Source of the DNA: the human T2T-CHM13v2.0 reference genome, Homo sapiens
Assembly (NCBI RefSeq): GCF_009914755.1
Contig: NC_060939.1
Reading direction: 5' to 3' (one strand)
Length of the DNA: 64,000 bases
Positions 1 to 15,000 of this stretch are shown here, piece after piece. The position numbers and the translations under genes are program-made. The number at the start of each line of letters is the position of its first letter. Position 1 is the stretch's first letter. Under the pieces are notes generated by a model. It saw only the letters and a list, made by a program, of their open reading frames with translations, did no database searches and was not told where the DNA came from.

Positions 1-3000
1 CCATGCGATTCCATTCGAAATCGAATCAATTACATTGCATTCCATTACTATTGTGTCCGTTTTATTCCAGTCCACTGCATTCTGGTCCATTCCATTTGAT
101 TCCATTCCATTCTATTCCATTCCATAGAGTTGCATTCCGTTGGACTCCATTCTATATCTATAAATTCAATTCGAGACCATTGCTTTGGAGTCCATTCTAT
201 ATGATTCCATTCCATTCATGTCCATTACATTTGGCTCAATTCCATTCCATTCCATTCCCTTCCATTCCATTCCAATTGATATCAATCCATTCGATTCCAT
301 TCCATTCGAGCACATTCCATTCGAGTCTATTCCATTCGATGCCATTCCATTTGATTCTATTCCATTAGTCTCCATTCAATTCCATTAATCTCCATTCCAT
401 TCCATTCTACTCCAACTGATTTCATTCCATTCTATTCCTTTCCATTCCATTTCATTCCATTCCATTAAATTTCATTCCATTCCATTCCATTCGCTTCCAT
501 TCCATTCGTGTCCATTCCACTCCAGTCCATTCCATTCGTGTCCATTCCATTCCAGTCCATTCCATTTGTGTCCACTGCATTCCCTTCCACTCCATTCCAT
601 ATTATTCCATTACACTCCACTCCATTCTATTACTTTCATTTCCATTCAATTCCATTCCATTTGATTCCATTCCACTCGGTTTCATTCCATTTGAGTCCAC
701 TCCATTCCATTCCATTCCATTCCATTCAGTTCCATTCCATTCTGTTCCATTCCATTCCATTCCATTGCATTCCATTCCATTCGGTACCATTCCATATTGT
801 TCCATTCGATTTCATTCGAATCCATTCCATTCCAGTCCATTCCATTCGATTCCATTCCATTCCTTTCCATTCCATTCCATTCCATTCCATTCCACTTGAT
901 TCCACTCCATTCCCTTCCACTGCATTCCATTCGATTCCATTCCATTGCATTGCATTCCATTCCATTGGACTGCATTCCATTCGATTAAATTGCATTCGAA
1001 TCAATTACATAGCAATCCATTACATTCGAGTCTATTCTATTCCGTTCCATTCGATTTCGTTCCAATCCAATCGATTCCATTCCATTCGATTCCATTCCAT
1101 ACTATTGCATTCCATTCTATTACATTATATTCGAATAAGTTCCATTCAAGACCATTTCTTTTGAGTCCATTCTATTTGAGTCTATTCCCTTTGATTCCAT
1201 AACATTTGAGTCCATTCAATTCCATTCCTTTCGTTTCCATTCCATGTGATGCCATTCCATTCAATTCTGTTCTACTCGACTCCAATACATTCAATTCCAT
1301 TCCATCTGATTCCATTACATTCTTTTCATTTATTCCCCATTTCAAGCCATTCCACTCCATTCCATTCCACTCGTTTCCATTCCATTCGAGTCCATTCCTC
1401 TCCTGTCCATTCTGTTCAATCCATTCCATTCCTGTCCATTCCATTCCAGTCCGTTCCATTCCAGTCCATTCCATTCGAGTCAATTCCATTCAATTCGATG
1501 TCTTTCCATAACGATCCATTCCATTCTATTCCTTTTGATTCCATTCCATTCTATTTCATTCCATTCGATTCCCTTCCATTGGACTCCTTTCCATTCGAGT
1601 GCATTCCATTCCGTTCCATTTCTTTCCGTACTGTACGATTCCTACCTTTCGATTTCATTTTGTTCCAGTTCATTCCTTTCGCGTCCATTCCATTCCATTT
1701 CACTCCATTCGATTCCATTCCACTCGATTTCACTTCGTTCCATTTCATTGCATTCCATTCTATTCAACTCTATTGCCTTCCATTCCATTCCATTCGATTA
1801 CATTCCATGCGATTCCATTCGAAATCGAATCAATTACATTGCAATCCATTACTATTGTGTCCGTTTTATTCCAGTCCACTGCATTCTGGTCCATTCCATT
1901 TGATTCCATTCCATTCTATTCCATTCCATACATTTGCATTCCATTGGATTCCATTCTATATCTATAAATTCAATTCGAGACCATCGCTTTGGAGTCCATT
2001 CTATATGATTCCATTCCATTCATGTCCATTACATTTGGTTCAATTCCATTCCATTCCATTCCCTTCCATTCCATTCCAATTGATATCAATCCATTCGATT
2101 CCATTCCATTCGAGCACATTCCATTCGAGTCTATTCCATTTGATGCCGTTCCATTTGATTCTATTCCGTTAGTATCCATTCAATTCCATTAATCTCCATT
2201 CCATTCCATTCTACTCCAACTGATTCCATTCCATTCTATTCCTTTCCATTCCATTTCATTCCATTCCATTAAATTTCATTCCAATCCATTCCATTCGCTT
2301 CCATTCCATTCGTGTCCATTCCACTCCAGTCCATTCCATTCGTGTCCATTCCATTCCAGTCCATTCCATTTGTGTCCACTGCATTCCCTTCCACTCCATT
2401 CCATATTATTCCATTACACTCCATTCCATTCTATTACTTTCATTTCCATTCAATTCCATTCCACTTGATTCCATTCCACTCGGTTTCATTCCATTTGAGT
2501 CCACTCCATTCCATTCCATTCCATTCCATTCAGTTCCATTCCATTCTGTTCCATTCCATTCCATTCCATTGCATTCCATTCCATTCGGTACCATTCCATA
2601 TTGTTCCATTCGATTACATTCGAATCCATTCCATTCCAGTCCATTCCATTCGATTCCATTCCATTCCTTTCCATTCCATTCCATTCCATTCCATTCCACT
2701 TGATTCCACTCCATTCCCTTCCACTGCATTCCATTCGATTCCATTCCATTGCATTGCATTCCATTCCATTGGACTGCATTCCATTCGATTCCATTGCATT
2801 CGAATCAATTACATAGCAATCCACTACATTCCAGTCTATTCTATTCCGTTCCATTCGATTTCGTTCCAATCCATTCGATTCCATTCCATTCGATTCCATT
2901 CCATACTATTGCATTCCATTCTATTACATTATATTCGAATAAGTTCCATTCAAGACCATTTCTTTGAGTCCATTCTATTTGAGTCTATTCCCTTTGATTC

Positions 3001-6000
3001 CATAACATTTGAGTCCATTCAATTCCATTCCTTTCGTTTCCATTCCATTTGATGCCATTCCATTCAATTCTGTTCTACTCGACTCCAATACATTCAATTC
3101 CATTCCATCTGATTCCATTACATTCTTTACATTTCTTCCCCATTTCAAGCCATTCCACTCCATTCCATTCCACTCGTTTCCTTTCCATTCGAGTCCATTC
3201 CTCTCCTGTCCATTCCGTTCAATCCATTCCATTCCAGTCCGTTCCATTCCAGTCCATTCCATTCGAGTCAATTCCATTCCATTCGATGTCTTTCCATAAC
3301 GATCCATTCCATTCTATTCCTTTCGATTCCATTCCATTCTATTTCATTCCATTCGATTCCCTTCCATGGGACTCCTTTCCATTCGAGTGCATTCCATTCC
3401 GTTCCATTTCTTTCCGTACTGTACGATTCCTACCTTTCGATTTCATTTTGTTCCAGTCCATTCCTTTCGCGTCCATTCCATTCCATTTCACTCCATTCGA
3501 TTCCATTCCACTCGATTCCACTTCGTTCCATTTCATTGCATTCCATTCTATTCAACTCTATTGCCTTCCATTCCATTCCATTCGATTACATTCCATGCGA
3601 TTCCATTCAAAATCGAATCAATTACATTGCAATCCATTATTACTGTGTCCGTTTTATTCCAGTCCACTGCATTCTGGTCCATTCCATTTGATTCCATTCC
3701 ATTCTATTCCATTCCATACAGTTGCATTCCGTTGGACTCCATTCTATATCTATAAATTCAATTCGAGACCATTGCTTTGGAGTCCATTCTATATGATTCC
3801 ATTCCATTCATGTCCATTACATTTGGCTCAATTCCATTCCATTCCATTCCCTTCCATTCCATTCCAATTGATATCAATCCATTCGATTCCATTCCATTCG
3901 AGCACATTCCATTCGAGTCCATTCCATTCGATGCCATTCCATTTGATTCTATTCCATTAGTCTCCATTCAATTCCATTAATCTCCATTCCATTCCATTCT
4001 ACTCCAACTGATTCCATTCCATTCTATTCCTTTCCATTCCATTTCATTCCATTCCATTCCATTTCATTCCATTCCATTCCATTCCATTCCATTCGCTTCC
4101 ATTCCATTCGTGTCCATTCCACTCCAGTCCATTCCATTCGTGTCCATTCCATTCCAGTCCATTCCATTTGTGTCCACTGCATTCCATTCCACTCCATTCC
4201 ATATTATTCCATTACACTCCATTCCATTCTATTACTTTCATTTCGATTCAGTTCCATTCCATTTGATTCCATTCCACTCGGTTTCATTCCATTTGAGTCC
4301 ACTCCATTCCATTCCATTCCATTCCATTCAGTTCCATTCCATTCTGTTCCATTCCATTCCGTTCCATTACATTCCATTCCATTCGGTACCATTCCATATT
4401 GTTCCATTCGATTCCATTCGAATCCATTCCATTCCAGTCCATTCCATTCGATTCCATTCCATTCATTTCAATTCCATTCCATTCCATTCCATTACATTCC
4501 ACTTGATTCCTCTCCATTCCCTTCCACTGCATTCCGTTCGATTCCATTCCATTGCATTGCATTCCATTCCATTGGATTGCATTCCATTCGATTCCATTCC
4601 ATTCGAATCAATTACATAGCAATCCATTACATTCGTGTCTATTCTATTCCGTTCCATTCGATTTCGTTCCAATCCATTCGATTCCATTCCATTCGATTCC
4701 ATTCCTTACTATTGCATTCCATTCGATTACATTATATTCGAATAAGTTCCATTCAAGACCATTTCTTTTGAGTCCATTCTATTTGAGTCCATTCCCTTTG
4801 ATTCCATAACATTTGAGTCCATTCAATTCCATTCCTTTCGTTTCCATTCCATTTGATGCCATTCCATTCAATTCTGTTCTACTCGACTCCAATACATTCA
4901 ATTCCATTCCATCCGATTCCATTACATTCTTTTCATTTCTTATCCATTTCAAGCCATTCCACTCCATTCCATTCCACTCGTTTCCTTTCCATTCGAGTCC
5001 ATTCCTCTCCAGTCCATTCCGTTCAATCCATTCCATTCCAGTCCATTCCATTCGAGTCCGTTCCATTCCAGTCCATTCCATTCGAGTCAATTCCATCCCA
5101 TTCGATGTCTTTCCATAACGATCCATTCCATTCTATTCCTTTCGATTCCATTCCATTCTATTTCATTCCATTCGATTCCCTTCCATTGGACTCCTTTCCA
5201 TTCGAGTGCATTCCATTCCGTTCCATTTCTTTCCGTTCTGTACGATTCCTACCGTTCGATTTCATTTTGTTCCAGTCCATTCCTTTCGCGTCCATTCCAT
5301 TCCATTTCACTCCATTCGATTCCATTCCACTCGATTCCACTTCGTTCCATTTCATTGCATTCCATTCTATTCAACTCTATTGCCTTCCATTCCATTCCAT
5401 TCGATTACATTCCATGCGATTCCATTCGAAATCGAATCAATTACATTGCAATCCATTACTATTGAGTCCGTTTTATTCCAGTCCACTGCATTCTGGTCCA
5501 TTCCATTTGATTCCATTCCATTCTATTCCATTCCATACAGTTGCATTCCATTGGATTCCATGCTATATCTATAAATTCAATTCGAGACCATTGCTTTTGA
5601 GTCCATTCTATATGATTCCATTCCATTCAAGTCCATTACATTTGGTTCAATTCCATTCCATTCCATTCCCTTCCATTCCATTCCATTTGATATCAATCCA
5701 TTCGATTCCATTCCATTCAAGCACTTTCCATTCGAGTCCATTCCATTCGATGCCATTCCATTTGATTCTATTCCATTAGTCTCCATTCAATTCCATTAAT
5801 CTCCATTCCATTCCATTCTACTCCAACTGATTCCATTCCATTATATTCCTTTCCATTCCATTTCATTCCATTCCATTCCATTTCATTCCATTCCATTCCA
5901 TTCGTGTCCATTCCACTCCAGTCCATTCCATTCGTGTCCATTCCATTCCAGTCCATTCCATTTGTGTCCACTGCATTCCATTCCACTCCATTCCATATTA

Positions 6001-9000
6001 TTCCATTACACTCCATTCCATTCTATTACTTTCATTTCCATTGAATTCCATTCCATTTGATTCCATTCCACTCGGTTTCATTCCATTTGAGTCCACTCCA
6101 CTCCATTCCATTCCATTCCATTCCATTCAGTTCCATTCCATTCTGTTCCATTCCATTCCGTTCCATTGCATTCCATTCCATTCGGTACCATTCCATATTG
6201 TTCCATTCGATTCCATTCGAATCCATTCCATTCCAGTCCATTCCATTTGATTCCATTCCATTCCTTTCAATTCCATTCCATTCCATTCCATTCCACTTGA
6301 TTCCACTCCATTCCCTTCCACTGCATTCCATTGCATTGCATTCCATTCCATTGGACTGCATTCCATTCGATTCCATTCCATTCGAATCAATTACATAGCA
6401 ATCCATTACATTCGAGTCTATTCTATTCCGTTCCATTCGATTTCGTTCCAATCCATTCGATTCCATTCCATTCGATTCCATTCCATACTATTGCATTCCA
6501 TTCTATTACATTATATTCGAATAAGTTCCATTCAAGACCATTTCTTTTGAGTCCATTCTATTTGAGTCCATTCCCTTTGATTCCATAACATTTGAGTCCA
6601 TTCAATTCCATTCCTTTCGTTTCCATTCCATTTGATGCCATTCCATTCAATTCTGTTCTACTCGACTCCAATACATTCAATTCCATTCCATCTGATTCCA
6701 TTACATTGTTTTCATTTCTTCCCCATTTCAAGCCATTCCACTCCATTCCATTCCACTCGTTTCCTTTCCATTCGAGTCCATTCCTCTCCTGTCCATTCCG
6801 TTCAATCCATTCCATTCCAGTCCATTCCATTCGAGTCCGTTCCATTCCAGTCCATTCCATTCGAGTCAATTCCATTCCATTCGATGTCTTTCCATAACGA
6901 TCCATTCCATTCTATTCCTTTCGATTCCATTCCATTCTATTTCATTCCATTCGATTCCCTTCCATTGGACTCCTTTCCATTCGAGTGCATTCCATTCCGT
7001 TCCATTTCTTTCCGTACTGTACGATTCCTACCTTTCGATTTCATTTTGTTCCAGTCCATTCCTTTCACGTCCATTCCATTCCATTTCACTCCATTCGATT
7101 CCATTCCACTCGATTCCACTTCGTTCCATTTCATTGCATTCCATTCTATTCAACTCTATTGCCTTCCATTCCATTCCATTCGATTACATTCCATGCGATT
7201 CCATTCGAAATCGAATCAATTACATTGCAATCCATTACTATTGTGTCCGTTTTATTCCAGTCCACTGCATTCTGGTCCATTCCATTTGATTCCATTCCAT
7301 TCTATTCCATTCCATACAGTTGCATTCCGTTGGACTCCATTCTATATCTATAAATTCAATTCGAGACCATTGCTTTGGAGTCCATTCTATATGATTCCAT
7401 TCCATTCATGTCCATTACATTTGGCTCAATTCCATTCCATTCCATTCCCTTCCATTCCATTCCAATTGATGTCAATCCATTCGATTCCATTCCATTCGAG
7501 CACATTCCATTCGAGTCCATTCCATTCGATGCCATTCCATTTGATTCTATTCCATTAGTCTCCATTCAATTCCATTAATCTCCATTCCATTCCATTCTAC
7601 TCCAACTGATTCCATTCCATTCTATTCCTTTCCATTCCATTTCATTCCATTCCATTCCATTTCATTCCATTCCATTCCATTTCATTCCATTCCATTCCAT
7701 TCCATTCCATTCGCTTCCATTCCATTCGTGTCCATTCCACTCCAGTCCATTCCATTCGTGTCCATTCCATTCCAGTCCATTCCATTTGTGTCCACTGCAT
7801 TCCATTCCACTCCATTCCATATTATTCCATTACACTCCATTCCATTCTATTACTTTCATTTCCATTCAATTCCATTCCATTTGATTCCATTCCACTCGGT
7901 TTCATTCCATTTGAGTCCACTCCATTCCATTCCATTCCATTCCATTCAGTTCCATTCCATTCTGTTCCGTTCCGTTCCATTCCATTACATTCCTTTCCAT
8001 TCGGTACCATTCCATATTGTTCCATTCGATTCCATTCGAATCCATTCCATTCCAGTCCATTCCATTCGATTCCATTCCATTCCTTTCAATTCCATTCCAT
8101 TCCATTCCATTCCACTTGATTCCACTCCATTCCCTTCCAGTGCATTCCATTCGATTCCATTCCATTGCATTGCATTCCATTCCATTGGACTGCATTCCAT
8201 TCGATTCCATTCCATTCGAATTAATTACTTAGCAATCCATTACATTCGAGTCTATTCTATTCCATTCCATTCGATTTCGTTCCAATCCATTCGATTCCAT
8301 TCCATTCGATTCCATTCCATACTATTGCATTCCATTCTATTACATTATATTCGAATAAGTTCCATTCAAGACCATTTCTTTTGAGTCCATTCTATTTGAG
8401 TCCATTCCCTTTGATTCCATAACATTTGAGTCCATTCAATTCCATTCCTTTCGTTTCCATTCCATTTGATGCCATTCCATTCAATTCTGTTCTACTCGAC
8501 TCCAATACATTCAATTCCATTCCATCTGATTCCATTACATTCTTTTCATTTCTTCCCCATTTCAAGCCATTCCACTCCATTCCATTCCACTCGTTTCCTT
8601 TCCATTCGAGTCCATTCCTCTCCTGTCCATTCTGTTCAATCCATTCCATTCCTGTCCATTCCATTCGAGTCCGTTCCATTCCAGTCCATTCCATTCGAGT
8701 CAATTCCATTCAATTCGATGTCTTTCCATAACGATCCATTCCATTCTATTCCTTTCGATTCCATTCAATTCTATTTCATTCCATTCGATTCCCTTCCATT
8801 GGACTCCTTTCCATTCGAGTGCATTCCATTCCGTTCCATTTCTTTCCGTACTGTACGATTCCTACCTTTCGATTTCATTTTGATCCAGTCCATTCCTTTC
8901 GCGTCCATTCCATTCCATTTCACTCCATTCGATTCCATTCCACTCGATTCCGCTTCGTTCCATTTCATTGCATTCCATTCTATTCAACTCTATTGCCTTC

Positions 9001-12000
9001 CATTCCATTCCATTCGATTACATTCCATGCGATTCCATTCGAAATCGAATCAATTACATTGCATTCCATTACTATTGTGTCCGTTTTATTCCAGTCCACT
9101 GCATTCTGGTCCATTCCATTTGATTCCATTCCATTCTATTCCATTCCATACAGTTGCATTCCGTTGGACTCCATTCTATATCTATAAATTCAATTCGAGA
9201 CCATTGCTTTGGAGTCCATTCTATATGATTCCATTCCATTCATGTCCATTACATTTGGCTCAATTCCATTCCATTCCATTCCCTTCCATTCCATTCCAAT
9301 TGATATCAATCCATTCGATTCCATTCCATTCGAGCACATTCCATTCGAGTCTATTCCATTCGATGCCATTCCATTTGATTCTATTCCATTAGTCTCCATT
9401 CAATTCCATTAATCTCCATTCCATTCCATTCTACTCCAACTGATTTCATTCCATTCTATTCCTTTCCATTCCATTTCATTCCATTCCATTAAATTTCATT
9501 CCATTCCATTCCATTCGCTTCCATTCCATTCGTGTCCATTCCACTCCAGTCCATTCCATTCGTGTCCATTCCATTCCAGTCCATTCCATTTGTGTCCACT
9601 GCATTCCCTTCCACTCCATTCCATATTATTCCATTACACTCCACTCCATTCTATTACTTTCATTTCCATTCAATTCCATTCCATTTGATTCCATTCCACT
9701 CGGTTTCATTCCATTTGAGTCCACTCCATTCCATTCCATTCCATTCCATTCAGTTCCATTCCATTCTGTTCCATTCCATTCCATTCCATTGCATTCCATT
9801 CCATTCGGTACCATTCCATATTGTTCCATTCGATTTCATTCGAATCCATTCCATTCCAGTCCATTCCATTCGATTCCATTCCATTCCTTTCCATTCCATT
9901 CCATTCCATTCCATTCCACTTGATTCCACTCCATTCCCTTCCACTGCATTCCATTCGATTCCATTCCATTGCATTGCATTCCATTCCATTGGACTGCATT
10001 CCATTCGATTAAATTGCATTCGAATCAATTACATAGCAATCCATTACATTCGAGTCTATTCTATTCCGTTCCATTCGATTTCGTTCCAATCCATTCGATT
10101 CCATTCCATTCGATTCCATTCCATACTATTGCATTCCATTCTATTACATTATATTCGAATAAGTTCCATTCAAGACCATTTCTTTTGAGTCCATTCTATT
10201 TGAGTCTATTCCCTTTGATTCCATAACATTTGAGTCCATTCAATTCCATTCCTTTCGTTTCCATTCCATGTGATGCCATTCCATTCAATTCTGTTCTACT
10301 CGACTCCAATACATTCAATTCCATTCCATCTGATTCCATTACATTCTTTTCATTTATTCCCCATTTCAAGCCATTCCACTCCATTCCATTCCACTCGTTT
10401 CCATTCCATTCGAGTCCATTCCTCTCCTGTCCATTCTGTTCAATCCATTCCATTCCTGTCCATTCCATTCGAGTCCGTTCCATTCCAGTCCATTCCATTC
10501 GAGTCAATTCCATTCAATTCGATGTCTTTCCATAACGATCCATTCCATTCTATTCCTTTCGATTCCATTCCATTCTATTTCATTCCATTCGATTCCCTTC
10601 CATTGGACTCCTTTCCATTCGAGTGCATTCCATTCCGTTCCATTTCTTTCCGTACTGTACGATTCCTACCTTTCGATTTCATTTTGTTCCAGTTCATTCC
10701 TTTCGCGTCCATTCCATTCCATTTCACTCCATTCGATTCCATTCCACTCGATTTCACTTCGTTCCATTTCATTGCATTCCATTCTATTCAACTCTATTGC
10801 CTTCCATTCCATTCCATTCGATTACATTCCATGCGATTCCATTCGAAATCGAATCAATTACATTGCAATCCATTACTATTGTGTCCGTTTTATTCCAGTC
10901 CACTGCATTCTGGTCCATTCCATTTGATTCCATTCCATTCTATTCCATTCCATACATTTGCATTCCATTGGATTCCATTCTATATCTATAAATTCAATTC
11001 GAGACCATCGCTTTGGAGTCCATTCTATATGATTCCATTCCATTCATGTCCATTACATTTGGTTCAATTCCATTCCATTCCATTCCCTTCCATTCCATTC
11101 CAATTGATATCAATCCATTCGATTCCATTCCATTCGAGCACATTCCATTCGAGTCTATTCCATTTGATGCCGTTCCATTTGATTCTATTCCGTTAGTATC
11201 CATTCAATTCCATTAATCTCCATTCCATTCCATTCTACTCCAACTGATTCCATTCCATTCTATTCCTTTCCATTCCATTTCATTCCATTCCATTAAATTT
11301 CATTCCAATCCATTCCATTCGCTTCCATTCCATTCGTGTCCATTCCACTCCAGTCCATTCCATTCGTGTCCATTCCATTCCAGTCCATTCCATTTGTGTC
11401 CACTGCATTCCCTTCCACTCCATTCCATATTATTCCATTACACTCCATTCCATTCTATTACTTTCATTTCCATTCAATTCCATTCCACTTGATTCCATTC
11501 CACTCGGTTTCATTCCATTTGAGTCCACTCCATTCCATTCCATTCCATTCCATTCCATTCAGTTCCATTCCATTCTGTTCCATTCCATTCCATTCCATTG
11601 CATTCCATTCCATTCGGTACCATTCCATATTGTTCCATTCGATTACATTCGAATCCATTCCATTCCAGTCCATTCCATTCGATTCCATTCCATTCCTTTC
11701 CATTCCATTCCATTCCATTCCATTCCACTTGATTCCACTCCATTCCCTTCCACTGCATTCCATTCGATTCCATTCCATTGCATTGCATTCCATTCCATTG
11801 GACTGCATTCCATTCGATTCCATTGCATTCGAATCAATTACATAGCAATCCACTACATTCCAGTCTATTCTATTCCGTTCCATTCGATTTCGTTCCAATC
11901 CATTCGATTCCATTCCATTCGATTCCATTCCATACTATTGCATTCCATTCTATTACATTATATTCGAATAAGTTCCATTCAAGACCATTTCTTTGAGTCC

Positions 12001-15000
12001 ATTCTATTTGAGTCTATTCCCTTTGATTCCATAACATTTGAGTCCATTCAATTCCATTCCTTTCGTTTCCATTCCATTTGATGCCATTCCATTCAATTCT
12101 GTTCTACTCGACTCCAATACATTCAATTCCATTCCATCTGATTCCATTACATTCTTTACATTTCTTCCCCATTTCAAGCCATTCCACTCCATTCCATTCC
12201 ACTCGTTTCCTTTCCATTCGAGTCCATTCCTCTCCTGTCCATTCCGTTCAATCCATTCCATTCCAGTCCGTTCCATTCCAGTCCATTCCATTCGAGTCAA
12301 TTCCATTCCATTCGATGTCTTTCCATAACGATCCATTCCATTCTATTCCTTTCGATTCCATTCCATTCTATTTCATTCCATTCGATTCCCTTCCATGGGA
12401 CTCCTTTCCATTCGAGTGCATTCCATTCCGTTCCATTTCTTTCCGTACTGTACGATTCCTACCTTTCGATTTCATTTTGTTCCAGTCCATTCCTTTCGCG
12501 TCCATTCCATTCCATTTCACTCCATTCGATTCCATTCCACTCGATTCCACTTCGTTCCATTTCATTGCATTCCATTCTATTCAACTCTATTGCCTTCCAT
12601 TCCATTCCATTCGATTACATTCCATGCGATTCCATTCAAAATCGAATCAATTACATTGCAATCCATTATTACTGTGTCCGTTTTATTCCAGTCCACTGCA
12701 TTCTGGTCCATTCCATTTGATTCCATTCCATTCTATTCCATTCCATACAGTTGCATTCCGTTGGACTCCATTCTATATCTATAAATTCAATTCGAGACCA
12801 TTGCTTTGGAGTCCATTCTATATGATTCCATTCCATTCATGTCCATTACATTTGGCTCAATTCCATTCCATTCCATTCCCTTCCATTCCATTCCAATTGA
12901 TATCAATCCATTCGATTCCCTTCCATTCGAGCACATTCCATTCGAGTCCATTCCATTCGATGCCATTCCATTTGATTCTATTCCATTAGTCTCCATTCAA
13001 TTCCATTAATCTCCATTCCATTCCATTCTACTCCAACTGATTCCATTCCATTCTATTCCTTTCCATTCCATTTCATTCCATTCCATTCCATTTCATTCCA
13101 TTCCATTCCATTCCATTCCATTCGCTTCCATTCCATTCGTGTCCATTCCACTCCAGTCCATTCCATTCGTGTCCATTCCATTCCAGTCCATTCCATTTGT
13201 GTCCACTGCATTCCATTCCACTCCATTCCATATTATTCCATTACACTCCATTCCATTCTATTACTTTCATTTCGATTCAGTTCCATTCCATTTGATTCCA
13301 TTCCACTCGGTTTCATTCCATTTGAGTCCACTCCATTCCATTCCATTCCATTCCATTCAGTTCCATTCCATTCTGTTCCATTCCATTCCGTTCCATTACA
13401 TTCCATTCCATTCGGTACCATTCCATATTGTTCCATTCGATTCCATTCGAATCCATTCCATTCCAGTCCATTCCATTCGATTCCATTCCATTCATTTCAA
13501 TTCCATTCCATTCCATTCCATTACATTCCACTTGATTCCTCTCCATTCCCTTCCACTGCATTCCGTTCGATTCCATTCCATTGCATTGCATTCCATTCCA
13601 TTGGATTGCATTCTATTCGATTCCATTCCATTCGAATCAATTACATAGCAATCCATTACATTCTAGTCTATTCTATTCCTTTCCATTCGATTTCGTTCCA
13701 ATCCATTCGATTCCATTCCATTCGATTCCATTCCATACTATTGCATTCCATTCGATTACATTATATTCGAATAAGTTCCATTCAAGACCATTTCTTTTGA
13801 GTCCATTCTATTTGAGTCCATTCCCTTTGATTCCATAACATTTGAGTCCATTCAATTCCATTCCTTTCGTTTCCATTCCATTTGATGCCATTCCATTCAA
13901 TTCTGTTCTACTCGACTCCAATACATTCAATTCCATTCCATCTGATTCCATTACATTGTTTTCATTTCTTCCCCATTTCAAGCCATTCCACTCCATTCCA
14001 TTCCACTCGTTTCCTTTCCATTCGAGTCCATTCCTCTCCTGTCCATTCCGTTCAATCCATTCCATTCCAGTCCATTCCATTCGAGTCCGTTCCATTCCAG
14101 TCCATTCCATTCGAGTCAATTCCATTCCATTCGATGTCTTTCCATAACGATCCATTCCATTCTATTCCTTTCGATTCCATTCCATTCTATTTCATTCCAT
14201 TCGATTCCCTTCCATTGGACTCCTTTCCATTCGAGTGCATTCCATTCCGTTCCATTTCTTTCCGTACTGTACGATTCCTACCTTTCGATTTCATTTTGTT
14301 CCAGTCCATTCCTTTCACGTCCATTCCATTCCATTTCACTCCATTCGATTCCATTCCACTCGATTCCACTTCGTTCCATTTCATTGCATTCCATTCTATT
14401 CAACTCTATTGCCTTCCATTCCATTCCATTCGATTACATTCCATGCGATTCCATTCGAAATCGAATCAATTACATTGCAATCCATTACTATTCTGTCCGT
14501 TTTATTCCAGTCCACTGCATTCTGGTCCATTCCAATTGATTCCATTCCATTCTATTCCATTCCATACAGTTGCATTCCGTTGGACTCCATTCTATATCTA
14601 TAAATTCAATTCGAGACCATTGCTTTGGAGTCCATTCTATATGATTCCATTCCATTCATGTCCATTACATTTGGCTCAATTCCATTCCATTCCATTCCCT
14701 TCCATTCCATTCCAATTGATGTCAATCCATTCGATTCCATTCCATTCGAGCACATTCCATTCGAGTCCATTCCATTCGATGCCATTCCATTTGATTCTAT
14801 TCCATTAGTCTCCATTCAATTCCATTAATCTCCATTCCATTCCATTCTACTCCAACTGATTCCATTCTATTCTATTCCTTTCCATTCCATTTCATTCCAT
14901 TCCATTCCATTTCATTCCATTCCATTCCATTTCATTCCATTCCATTCCATTCCATTCCATTCGCTTCCATTCCATTCGTGTCCATTCCACTCCAGTCCAT

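Noticed and set aside
1130-1145. Possible heat-shock elements (GAA/TTC words such as TTCGAATAAGTTCC)
   Set aside because: The spacing does not match canonical alternating nGAAnnTTCn triplets, so no discrete HSE can be called. HSF1 stress bodies are mainly associated with the chr9 HSat3 array.
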